NCBI GenBank assembly: GCA_900542735.1
Contig: UQOS01000002.1
Coordinates: 7,545-71,544 of the forward strand
Direction: 5' to 3'
Source of the DNA: an uncultured Mycoplasmatota bacterium
Lineage (GTDB): Bacteria; Bacillota_I; Bacilli_A; RF39; UBA660
DNA length: 64,000 nucleotides
The translations under genes and the position numbers were made by a program. Position 1 is the first letter of the stretch. Every line of letters begins with the position of its first letter. Below are positions 1 through 8,286 of the stretch, piece after piece. Below the pieces are notes generated by a model. That model ran no database searches. It saw only the letters and a list, made by a program, of their open reading frames with translations, and was not told the origin of the DNA.

Positions 1-988
1 ATCCAAATAATTCTTGATTTATATGTAAGCCTGGCTCTGTATGAATATTAGATAAATCAACTTCAGCAATTTCTGGACCATTTTTAGTAAAAGAATAAGA
101 GATAATTGGTTCTTCTGTGTTAGCTTTTTCTGTACTCATATCTTGTTCTAATTCTTCATCTATTTCTTCATAATTCTCTTCTTGGACAGGTTGGCTAGTT
201 TTATATTCTTTTACTTTCATCATAACATCTTTAATATCAGCTATAACTGCTAAAGAACATCCAGTAGCTAAAATACCAGCTAAAAAGCCAACAGCAGGAT
301 TCATAACACCTACTACAATTGTACCTGTTAATATAATACCTTGGATTATAGTAAATAATGTTGCATTCGCAATATCCATTTTAGTAGTTGATTCTTTTAA
401 TTCAGAATTAAATTTTTTCATAACTTTTGCTTTTAAATTTTGGAAAAAGCCACGAATACCTTTTTTCTTTTTTGACATAACATTCATATCAATTTCTTCT
501 TGGGTAGGTTCTTGAATATTCATGTTTATTTCTTCTTTAACTGGAGTTGTTTCTTTTTTAGTTTTCTTTAAATTTTGGAAAAAGCTACGAATACCTTTTT
601 TCTTCTTAGGTATAACATTCATATCAATTTTCTCTTCAATAGGTTCTTGAATATTTATATCTATTTCTTCATTAACTGGAGGTGTTTCTTTTTTAGTTTT
701 CTTTAAAATTTGGAAAAAGCCACGAATACTTTTTTTCTTCTTAGGTATAACATTCATATCAATTTCTTCTTCAGTAGGTTCTTGAATATTCATGTTTATT
801 TCTTCTTCATTAGGTTCTTTAATATTCATATCTATTTCATTTGTATTTTCAACTTCTTCATAAGTTGATTCTGGAACTTCCTCAGGATCACCATATTCTT
901 CTTCTAATTCTCTTTGAAGTTTTTGATATTTTTTTTCTTCTCTTTCTTCTAAATATTTATTAATTTTGTCTAACATTTCTGTAAACAT
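1..988 (-). CDS. hypothetical membrane protein with 45-aa tandem repeats (C-terminus lies beyond the window edge)
   Basis: ATG at 986-988 (minus) 5 nt after a GAGGGGGA RBS. The frame stays open to position 1. Translation starts MFTEMLDKINKYLEE, has three EEI.MNIQEP..EEIDMNV..KKKK.IR.FFQ.LKK units, then a hydrophobic segment TLFTIIQGIILTGTIVVGVMNPAVGFLAGILATG. Confidence 0.6.
   Translation of the reverse strand, partial: MFTEMLDKINKYLEEREEKKYQKLQRELEEEYGDPEEVPESTYEEVENTNEIDMNIKEPNEEEINMNIQEPTEEEIDMNVIPKKKKSIRGFFQILKKTKKETPPVNEEIDINIQEPIEEKIDMNVIPKKKKGIRSFFQNLKKTKKETTPVKEEINMNIQEPTQEEIDMNVMSKKKKGIRGFFQNLKAKVMKKFNSELKESTTKMDIANATLFTIIQGIILTGTIVVGVMNPAVGFLAGILATGCSLAVIADIKDVMMKVKEYKTSQPVQEENYEEIDEELEQDMSTEKANTEEPIISYSFTKNGPEIAEVDLSNIHTEPGLHINQELFG
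415..810 (-). repeat. three tandem in-frame repeats with a 135-bp (45-codon) period
   Basis: The anchor tggaaaaagc recurs at 441, 576 and 711, an exact 135-nt spacing. Flanking sequence is near-identical over about 90 nt per unit. Confidence 0.8.
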
Positions 989-1091
989 TAGAATCCCCCT
1001 CTTTCAATATGGACTGTATTATAGCATATTGTTAATAAAAAGTCAATTTTTTAGCACATAAAAAAGTAGCCACCAGACCACTTTTTTACTA

Positions 1092-2321
1092 TTATCTATT
1101 AATGTTTTCTTTTGATACAACTACAACTGGTCTAACTCCTGTTTTCGTATTTTCACTTGCGTTTTGAACATAACTATTATTATATTCTCCCACTACATTC
1201 CATACATAAGCAGAATTTATTGTAGAAGCTGTTTTTGTCCAATAATTAGTAGTAGTAAGAAAGCTAGCATTAAAAGTAATTTGATTTTGTTCAAAAGTTT
1301 GGTTATCTGCTAAAGCTAACTCTTCCATAGTAGGAAGTGAAACACTTAAACTTTCTAGGTTACCATTTGCATTTGTTAAAGATTGTTTTAATAGTGGTAA
1401 ATAAACAGTATCTAGCCATGTTTTTACAGTTGAATCTTTTAAAACACCACTACCATTTTGTTCATAGATATTGCACCCATTTTCTGCTAATAAACAATAA
1501 GAATTACTAGACTGTGGTCTATTATTTTCTAAGTCAAATACTTGAGGAGCACAGTTTGTGGTATTATTAATATCTTTTCCACAACTAGTATTATAAGTAG
1601 CATCACTATTTAAATTATAATCAGATAATAAAGTAACACTTGCACTACTAGAACTACTATCTTTTATTACATGCCATTTACTTCCATCTTTTAAAGTAAC
1701 ACTATCTCCTTTTTTATATTCCACCTTCAAACTTTCATCAATACCACTTTGTGTAGTTTCTATTACTACTTTACCATGGAAATGTTTTCCTAAAATATCA
1801 TTTGGCGCACTAGAATCAATCCATAGTCTAATTTCGTGAATTTCACTACTACCTGGTAATAAATTATTAGCTTCATAAATTAAGTAATCTTGATCTTGTT
1901 TACTACTTAATAATATAGGACTTTCATTATCAAATTTATATTTTACATATTTCTGTTGTAATAGATTATTTTTGCATCCATCTTCATTAATAATAGAATC
2001 ATCATAAAGAATCTTAATTTTAAAATCAGCTGTAATACTACCTGTATTCGTAATACTAAAACGATATGGCGTACTAGTAGAACCAACATCATCACTAATT
2101 GGGTAAGCACCATTTAAAGATAATACATCACTGTAACCATCTCCAGTATCTACATAACTAATTTCAAGTTGTCCTACCTTTAACACATTATATTCATCAG
2201 CTTTACTAGTAGAAGAAAAGATAGCATAACTTCCACCTATCATACTAACAACTACACTAAAAACAAAGATAGCTGTTACTAATACTTGATGTTTAAATAA
2301 TTTTTTTCTATTATTTCTCAT
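1092..2321 (-). CDS. secreted or membrane-anchored hypothetical protein with a TasA/SipW-type signal-like N-terminus and a DUF6273-like C-terminal half (tentative)
   Basis: 409-aa ORF. Basic N-terminus plus TM (LVTAIFVFSVVVSMIGGSYAIF), then SSTSKADEYNVLKVGQLEISYVD, resembling the TasA/camelysin signal region. The C-terminal part (KWHVIKDS..TLLSDYNL..KTWLDTVYLP..NYWTKTAS..TGVRPVVVV) resembles DUF6273-type domains. Confidence 0.7.
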   Translation of the reverse strand: MRNNRKKLFKHQVLVTAIFVFSVVVSMIGGSYAIFSSTSKADEYNVLKVGQLEISYVDTGDGYSDVLSLNGAYPISDDVGSTSTPYRFSITNTGSITADFKIKILYDDSIINEDGCKNNLLQQKYVKYKFDNESPILLSSKQDQDYLIYEANNLLPGSSEIHEIRLWIDSSAPNDILGKHFHGKVVIETTQSGIDESLKVEYKKGDSVTLKDGSKWHVIKDSSSSSASVTLLSDYNLNSDATYNTSCGKDINNTTNCAPQVFDLENNRPQSSNSYCLLAENGCNIYEQNGSGVLKDSTVKTWLDTVYLPLLKQSLTNANGNLESLSVSLPTMEELALADNQTFEQNQITFNASFLTTTNYWTKTASTINSAYVWNVVGEYNNSYVQNASENTKTGVRPVVVVSKENINR

Positions 2322-2415
2322 TTTATCACCTATTTCAAAGTATTTACTGTTATTACTATTATATCATGATTTAGCTAGAAAGCTAGCACTTTTAAAAAAA
2401 ATAAAAGATACTAAG

Positions 2416-3111
2416 TTAGTAACCTAATCTTAGTACCTCTAATTGACTACCAGAAACAATACTACGACTATTAGCTTGTGCTTCACTTGATTCTAATAAG
2501 TCGATTTGAAATTTCTTGCCGTCACCTATTCCACCACCACGGTCTAAAACAATAGCAGTAATTGTAGAACCTTGATAAGAAAGACGCACAATACTACCTA
2601 ATGGATATTTGCTATCAGCAGCTACTACCCTTACGCTACCAAAAGTAGCATCTTGATAATAAATTCTACCATCACCAATATAATATCCACTAGCTGTATG
2701 TCCAGAACTACATCCATAACAGTCGTGCCCGTAATGACTAATATTTACTGTTTCTTGACTTAAAACAGTAAAATTAGATGTGTCTACAATGTTGATAGTT
2801 TCTTGTATGCTTTCTTTCTTCTCTGTTACCGTTTCTTCTATCTTTACTTCTTCTTTTTCCGTTTGGTTATCTGTAGAAGATTCTTCTACTTCTTTTATAC
2901 TTTCTTCTGGTAGTGTTTCTTCTTCTTTATTTTTTACTTCTTGATGAGATTTTGCTAACACAACACTACCTAATATCTTTTCTTGATTTACATTATATAC
3001 TTTTCTATCATAGTGATCAATTTTTATTTCAAAATTAGAAATAGAAAAAAATGATAACACTAAAATATAGATACATACCAACTGGAAAGTATAATTATAA
3101 AATTTTTTCAT
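2416..3111 (-). CDS. 3D (RlpA-like double-psi barrel) domain protein, membrane anchored
   Basis: 231 aa. N-terminal TM, a Glu/Lys-rich linker, and C-terminal motifs HYGHDCYGCSSGHTASG..VAADSKYPLGS..AIVLDRGGGI..QIDLL typical of 3D-domain cell-wall proteins. Confidence 0.8.
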   Translation of the reverse strand: MKKFYNYTFQLVCIYILVLSFFSISNFEIKIDHYDRKVYNVNQEKILGSVVLAKSHQEVKNKEEETLPEESIKEVEESSTDNQTEKEEVKIEETVTEKKESIQETINIVDTSNFTVLSQETVNISHYGHDCYGCSSGHTASGYYIGDGRIYYQDATFGSVRVVAADSKYPLGSIVRLSYQGSTITAIVLDRGGGIGDGKKFQIDLLESSEAQANSRSIVSGSQLEVLRLGY

Positions 3112-3261
3112 AATTCCTCTTTCTCGGGCTTTATTAGTATAGCATATTTTTCTAGAATATGCAAATTTGCCTGGCTTAAAGATACAACTTTCCCTAATAT
3201 ATTATATGTAAAATGCTTATTTTAAACACTTTTTCTTAAACTTTACTGGAAACAATTACCA

Positions 3262-3288
3262 AAAGAAAAAATTAGCCATAAGACTAAT
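3262..3288 (-). terminator. rho-independent terminator after rubrerythrin
   Basis: Minus strand reads ATTAGTC-TTAT-GGCTAAT followed by TTTTTTC. The stem is 7 bp with one G:U pair. Confidence 0.6.
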
Positions 3289-3289
3289 T

Positions 3290-3841
3290 TTATTCATAAT
3301 TATTAGCTTTTACTTCCATAAAGCTTTTAGGATGCTTGCATACAGGGCATACTTCTAATGCTTTAGTTCCAATATAAACATGACCACAGTTACGACAAAT
3401 CCAAATTTTATCTTCTTTCTTTTCAAATATTGTTTCATCTTCTATATTTTTAAGTAGTGTTAAATATCTCTTTTCATGTTCTTTTTCAATTTTACCTACT
3501 GCATCAAATAAATAAGCAAGTTCTGTAAATCCTTCTTCTTTTGCTTCTTCACTAAACTTTTGATACATATCTGTCCATTCATAATTTTCACCAGCTGCTG
3601 CATCTTTTAAGTTAGTAAGAGTTGTTGGTACTTCTCCATTATGTAAATATTTAAACCATAATTTTGCATGTTCTTTTTCATTATTAGCTGTTTCTTCAAA
3701 GATAGCAGCAATTTGCTCATAACCATCTTTTTTAGCTTTAGAAGCATAGTAAGTATACTTATTTCTGGCTTGACTTTCTCCACTAAAAGCAGTCATTAAA
3801 TTCTGTTCTGTTTTACTTCCTTTTAATTTTTCAAAATCCAT
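3290..3841 (-). CDS. rbr: rubrerythrin
   Basis: 183 aa. Ferritin-like diiron motifs ([24 protein letters not shown]) plus a C-terminal rubredoxin-like CRNCGH...CPVCKHP. Confidence 0.93.
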   Translation of the reverse strand: MDFEKLKGSKTEQNLMTAFSGESQARNKYTYYASKAKKDGYEQIAAIFEETANNEKEHAKLWFKYLHNGEVPTTLTNLKDAAAGENYEWTDMYQKFSEEAKEEGFTELAYLFDAVGKIEKEHEKRYLTLLKNIEDETIFEKKEDKIWICRNCGHVYIGTKALEVCPVCKHPKSFMEVKANNYE

Positions 3842-3842
3842 T

Positions 3843-4241
3843 TTATTTACCTTCTTTCTCTTTTTCCTTTTTACAACTACTACAATAGCCCTCTAACATT
3901 AAATTATAAATGTTAATTTCTTCTTCTCTATTTTGAAATCTATTTACTAGTTTTTTTAATAATTCATCATCAAAAATATCTATAATCTTACCACAATTTA
4001 AACATTCGAAATGAAAATGGTCTTTATAATAATCATAGTGATTTACTCCTTCTTGCATCGGAAGCTGTACTATTTCATTTTCTTTAACAAACTGTTTTAC
4101 ATTTCTGTATACGGTAGCTTGCCCTATTGTTGGATCGATTTTTTTTACATCTTCATATATTTCAGATATTGTAGGATGATTTCTATTTTCTTTAAGTGCT
4201 TTAAAAATAACATATTTTTGTCTAGTTTTTCTTGATTCCAT
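3843..4241 (-). CDS. perR: Fur-family peroxide-responsive repressor (PerR-like)
   Basis: 132 aa. Winged-helix region (GQATVYRNV), HFHFEC, and two CxxC pairs (CLNCGK, CSSCKK). Separated from rbr by 1 nt, so probably one operon. Confidence 0.8.
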   Translation of the reverse strand: MESRKTRQKYVIFKALKENRNHPTISEIYEDVKKIDPTIGQATVYRNVKQFVKENEIVQLPMQEGVNHYDYYKDHFHFECLNCGKIIDIFDDELLKKLVNRFQNREEEINIYNLMLEGYCSSCKKEKEKEGK

Positions 4242-4252
4242 ATTTACTCCTA

Positions 4253-4302
4253 TTGATAATAGTTATCAATAACATTATAAGATAAATCTAAGTAAAATGC
4301 AA
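4253..4302 (-). promoter_or_regulatory. sigma-A type promoter plus palindromic Fur/PerR-box operator upstream of perR-rbr
   Basis: Minus strand has TTGCAT (4302-4297), a 17-nt spacer and TATAAT (4279-4274). A perfect palindrome TTGATAA-TAG-TTATCAA (4253-4269) lies between the -10 and the AGGAG RBS. It contains TGATAAT-A-GTTATCA, one mismatch from the 7-1-7 Fur-box form. Confidence 0.65.
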
Positions 4303-4345
4303 GTAATATTACTCAAATTTTACCAAAATTAAAAGTAAACACCAA

Positions 4346-6088
4346 TTAGGCATCTACTTTAGTTTGTTTGATTTCTTTTCTTGTTTTTAATTTCTTCTTT
4401 TTTGTTTTAGGTTTCATTTCAGAGTCATTTCCACTATTATCTTTTTTCTTTTTTACTACTTTTTTCATAAATAACATGATACTAATACCAAATACCATTC
4501 CTAATAGAAAAATAAGTAAATAAACTATAATATTCATAATAGAAAATTCTTGTACTCTCAATGTATAAATATCGTATTCTCCACTAGCTGAAGTTACTAG
4601 TAAATAAATTGTTTTTCCTTCTTCTATTATATTTACTGTACTATTTTCATCTTCTAAAACTACTTTTTCTATTTTAAAATTTTTATATCTTTTATAAGAA
4701 TATTCTCTTTTAGTAGAATCTATTTTACCAACTAAACTACCATTTTTAAATTTTATTTCTTTAATATTTGTATTAGAAGAAAGATTTGTTTCTAAAAGAT
4801 TATTTCCTCTTGCTACAATTACTGTATATTCTTTAATAGAATTATCTTCTGCTGTTACTAAAATTTTATAATTATTATTTCCTACATTTAATTTATTTGG
4901 TCCTTCTATTTTAACTTTAGCATATTTAATATCTTCTACTACTGTTTCAAATTGAATACTATCTACTTCATAAGGAAGATAAACAATATACTTGGTTTGT
5001 TCTTTATTAAAAGATGGACTTAAAGTACCAGTTGATACTGTTAAACTAGATAAATTATTATTTGTAGATAACACTTTATTAGGATCTTTTCCACGAGTTG
5101 CATGAATAGTATAGGTCTTTGTACTTCCATTTTCTGCTGTTACTACTATTTTTACATCTGTTGTTTCTTCAGCAGTTAAATTGGTATTCGTAATACTGAT
5201 TTTAGCTTTCTCATCTTCTGTTTTAGCATTTACTTTTAAATTAGAAATACTATAAGGAACTGATACACTATAACTATCTGTATTTGCATTAAATTTAGGA
5301 CTTAATTCTGCTCCATTTACGCTTAAACTAGCTAGTTTATTATTACCACTACGATTATCTTTTCTATTAACAGTAATTGCATATGTTTTTTTATCACCAC
5401 TAGGTGCAGTTACTACAATATAAAACTGATTATTTCCATAATTTAAATTCTTAGTACCTGTTCCTGTAATACTAGCATCACTATCTTCTGCTGATGCTGA
5501 TATATTAATAGAAGTAATATTATTTTCTACTGTTACTTGGTAACTTGTGTTATTTTTATTAAAATTGATATTAGCATTACTTACTGATAAACTACTTAAG
5601 TTATTATTCGTACTAGGTGGTGTAGTTATCGTAATTGTTTTACTACTTCCACTAATATTAACAGGAGATGCACTAGCATCAGGTTGACTACTTCCTGTAT
5701 AAGAAACATTAGCAGTACCAGTTTCTTTAGCACGGAAAGTAAGCCTCATAATATTTTGATAACCTTTAATAGTATTAGCACCAAATCCACCAAACTTAGT
5801 TCCTACTAAATCAATATTAAAGGGAGCTAAAGAAGTCGCACCAATTAATTCTAATTTATCACTAGAATAATTTAAGTTACCACCAAAAGCAGCTAATCCA
5901 CCATCATCAGTTGTACCTGATACACTTCCAATATATAAAGTAATATCAATGGTATTTCCTACATAAACACTACTATTTCCATTAAAACCTGTAGTAGCAT
6001 TTCCTAGTGCGTATATTTTAAAAGGACATAAAAAAAGAAAGAAGGAAAGAAGAAAAAAGGTTATTTTTTTTATATTCAATCTTTTCAT
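4346..6088 (-). CDS. membrane-anchored cohesin-domain scaffold protein with four cadherin-like modules (580 aa)
   Basis: Start moved to the ATG at 6088 (MKRLNIKK), 7 nt after a GGAGG RBS. Order: signal peptide, cohesin-like module, 4 cadherin-like beta-sandwich repeats, C-terminal TM (IVYLLIFLLGMVFGISIMLF), Lys-rich tail. Confidence 0.85.
   Translation of the reverse strand: MKRLNIKKITFFLLSFFLFLCPFKIYALGNATTGFNGNSSVYVGNTIDITLYIGSVSGTTDDGGLAAFGGNLNYSSDKLELIGATSLAPFNIDLVGTKFGGFGANTIKGYQNIMRLTFRAKETGTANVSYTGSSQPDASASPVNISGSSKTITITTPPSTNNNLSSLSVSNANINFNKNNTSYQVTVENNITSINISASAEDSDASITGTGTKNLNYGNNQFYIVVTAPSGDKKTYAITVNRKDNRSGNNKLASLSVNGAELSPKFNANTDSYSVSVPYSISNLKVNAKTEDEKAKISITNTNLTAEETTDVKIVVTAENGSTKTYTIHATRGKDPNKVLSTNNNLSSLTVSTGTLSPSFNKEQTKYIVYLPYEVDSIQFETVVEDIKYAKVKIEGPNKLNVGNNNYKILVTAEDNSIKEYTVIVARGNNLLETNLSSNTNIKEIKFKNGSLVGKIDSTKREYSYKRYKNFKIEKVVLEDENSTVNIIEEGKTIYLLVTSASGEYDIYTLRVQEFSIMNIIVYLLIFLLGMVFGISIMLFMKKVVKKKKDNSGNDSEMKPKTKKKKLKTRKEIKQTKVDA
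5627..6007 (-). other. cohesin-like module of the 580-aa protein
   Basis: GNATTGFNGNSSVYVGNTIDITLYIG...GGNLNYSSDKLELIGAT...MRLTFRAKETGTANVSY. The pattern fits the cohesin fold and is more divergent than the other two copies. Confidence 0.55.
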
Positions 6089-6092
6089 CTTC

Positions 6093-8276
6093 TTACCTCC
6101 AATCGTCATTATCATTTTCTTGATACTTTCTTTGTTCCTCTTCTTTTTTCATTAACTCTTTTTTCTTTTGATTTAGTGCATCTTGCTGTAATAACATTTT
6201 TAACTTTGATGGATCTTTGGTTCTAGTTGCTTCATGAATAGCGTCTATAATTTCTTTTTTGGTAACTGTTTCATCATATGGATCATATGGTGTATTTTCA
6301 TTTTCTTCATATCTAGCTTCATAAGTATTGGTACTACCTAATCTTTTTAATTCACTATCTTTTGTAGTTACTTCACTGTTTTGATTATAGTTACCATGAA
6401 TAACGTCATCATCTGATGTATTTTTAGATCCAAAATTAAATTCTGGTTTTACTTCAATAATTGGAGTTACTCTTTTATCATTATCGTCATCATCATCTTT
6501 TTTCTTACGGAATAATAAGAATAAGATAAGTAATAAAAGTAAACTAATAATACCAGCGATAATACCAAATTGTAGTGGAGTTAAACCTAAAATTTTAGAT
6601 TCTTCTTTCTCTTTTTCTACATCAATTGAATAATATTTCGTAAAACCATCTTTATCAGTAACTTTTATTAATACAGTATTATGACCAACTTTTAAGTTTT
6701 CATTACCAATAATTTCTACTTTACTACTACTATCACTTGGTGTAGCTTTAATATCTAATTTATTAGTATTTCCATCTACTTTAGCAGTATATTCTTGATT
6801 ATTAGGATCAAACTTAGGAGTAATACTTACATTATCTATCGTAATATCTTTTAAATCTGTCTTACTAGAAGCTGTACTACGAGTAACATTTAAAGAATAA
6901 ATTCTAACACTACCATCTTCTGCTGTTACTTTAATTTCTACTGTATTTACACTACCAACTTTAAAGTTTTCATTACCAGTAATTTCTACTTTAGCTTTTT
7001 CATTGCTTGTAATGTAACTTAAATCTAATTTTTCTACTTCATAAGGTACTTTAATATTATAACTATTTACATTTTTATTAAAACCTGGTTCCATTTCATG
7101 TGATGATTTAACTGTTAAACTTTTTAAATAGTTATCATTAGACTTAGTATCTGTTTTCGTATCATTATTAGATGAAGCTCTTTCTACATTTACTATATAA
7201 GTATTTACTGTACCATCTTCGGCTGTTACTTTAATCGTAACGGTATTATTTCCCTCTTTCCAGTTTTTATTACCAGATATTACTACTTTAGCTTTGTTAT
7301 TATTAGGAATTGCTGTAACATCTAAACTTGTGATATTATTTTTAACTTTCATAGAATAATTGTTTACATTACTCTTAAAAGTTGGTGTTAAGGTATAACC
7401 ACTAATATCTAATTTCTTTAGTGTTGCATCATTTGATTTTTTTACTTCTTCTTGTTTTTCTTTTTCAATTTTTACAGTATATGTTTTAACACTTCCATCT
7501 TCTGCTGTTACTTTAATAGTAGCAACTGTTTCATTACCTGTTAAAGTAATATTTCCAAGTCCTGATACTGTAGCTTTACTATGATTAGTAGCACCTTCTA
7601 ATTTTATCGTTGTTGCTGTAGAAGGAACTGTTACTGTATATGATGTTGTATTTGCTTTAAAGCTAGGTGATAAAGTATAACCACTAGCTGATAAACTTTT
7701 TAAAGTGGCATCACTACTCTTAGTAGAAGGAGTAGGACTAGTTGATGGTGATGGACTAGTTGTAGGTGTTGGACTAGTTGTAGGAATAGGATTGGCGTCT
7801 GTAATTGTAATACTTTTTGGTGTTACAGTAGTAGTTAATTTACTAGATACATCACTTAATTTAGCATTCGTTAAAGTTACTTGAGTGGTACCTACTTTCT
7901 TTGCTTTAAAGACAAAAGTAAATACTTCAGTCTTACTTGTAATACCACTAGATAAAGTAGTATCTAATCCCGCAATTATATAATTAGCATTTGTATTAAT
8001 TTGAAAAGTATAGGGACTAGTTGTACCTGTTCCTGATACATATTCTAGGTAATTACTATCAAAAGATAAATTACCACCTACGCTAACGATACCACCATCT
8101 GTTGAATTATCACCATTTACATACATTTTAATGGTAATTTTATCATTTAGGCTAACCGTTGAATTACCACTAAATCCAACGGTAGCACTACTTGCTTTTA
8201 CTGGTACTAGATAAGTTAATAGTGAAAAACCAACTACTAATGCCATTAATAAATTTAAACTTTTTATTCTTTTCAT
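6093..8276 (-). CDS. membrane-anchored cohesin-domain scaffold protein with a Pro/Thr/Ser linker, four cadherin-like modules and a long charged cytoplasmic tail (727 aa)
   Basis: AGGAGG RBS before the ATG at 8276. Order: signal peptide, cohesin-like module, linker PIPTTSPTPTTSPSPSTSPTPST, 4 cadherin-like repeats, TM (FGIIAGIISLLLLLILFLLF), then a 138-aa acidic/basic tail. Confidence 0.88.
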   Translation of the reverse strand: MKRIKSLNLLMALVVGFSLLTYLVPVKASSATVGFSGNSTVSLNDKITIKMYVNGDNSTDGGIVSVGGNLSFDSNYLEYVSGTGTTSPYTFQINTNANYIIAGLDTTLSSGITSKTEVFTFVFKAKKVGTTQVTLTNAKLSDVSSKLTTTVTPKSITITDANPIPTTSPTPTTSPSPSTSPTPSTKSSDATLKSLSASGYTLSPSFKANTTSYTVTVPSTATTIKLEGATNHSKATVSGLGNITLTGNETVATIKVTAEDGSVKTYTVKIEKEKQEEVKKSNDATLKKLDISGYTLTPTFKSNVNNYSMKVKNNITSLDVTAIPNNNKAKVVISGNKNWKEGNNTVTIKVTAEDGTVNTYIVNVERASSNNDTKTDTKSNDNYLKSLTVKSSHEMEPGFNKNVNSYNIKVPYEVEKLDLSYITSNEKAKVEITGNENFKVGSVNTVEIKVTAEDGSVRIYSLNVTRSTASSKTDLKDITIDNVSITPKFDPNNQEYTAKVDGNTNKLDIKATPSDSSSKVEIIGNENLKVGHNTVLIKVTDKDGFTKYYSIDVEKEKEESKILGLTPLQFGIIAGIISLLLLLILFLLFRKKKDDDDDNDKRVTPIIEVKPEFNFGSKNTSDDDVIHGNYNQNSEVTTKDSELKRLGSTNTYEARYEENENTPYDPYDETVTKKEIIDAIHEATRTKDPSKLKMLLQQDALNQKKKELMKKEEEQRKYQENDNDDWR
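7800..8192 (-). other. cohesin-like module of the 727-aa protein
   Basis: ATVGFSGNSTVSLNDKITIKMYVNG..GGIVSVGGNLSFDSNYLEYVSGTG..PYTFQIN..NYIIAGLD..FTFVFKAKKVGTTQVTLTNAKL. Close paralogue of the module at 30601-30993. Confidence 0.6.
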
Positions 8277-8286
8277 AAATTTCCTC

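Noticed and set aside
4011-4235. Short antisense ORFs overlapping well-supported genes (4011-4235, 32093-32275, 33053-33262, 34077-34463, 39238-39441, 41563-41745, 46119-46328, 46793-46978, 54808-55092, 58319-58510, 63289-63594).
   Set aside because: Each lies opposite a longer ORF that has recognisable motifs or a good RBS. Their translations are Phe/Ile/Leu/Lys-rich, as expected from the antisense of AT-rich coding DNA.
6093-6115. An apparent 23-nt overlap between the 727-aa and 589-aa ORFs.
   Set aside because: The downstream ATG at 6088 has a canonical GGAGG RBS at 7-nt spacing and yields a normal signal peptide (MKRLNIKKITFF). The overlap comes from an upstream in-frame ATG.
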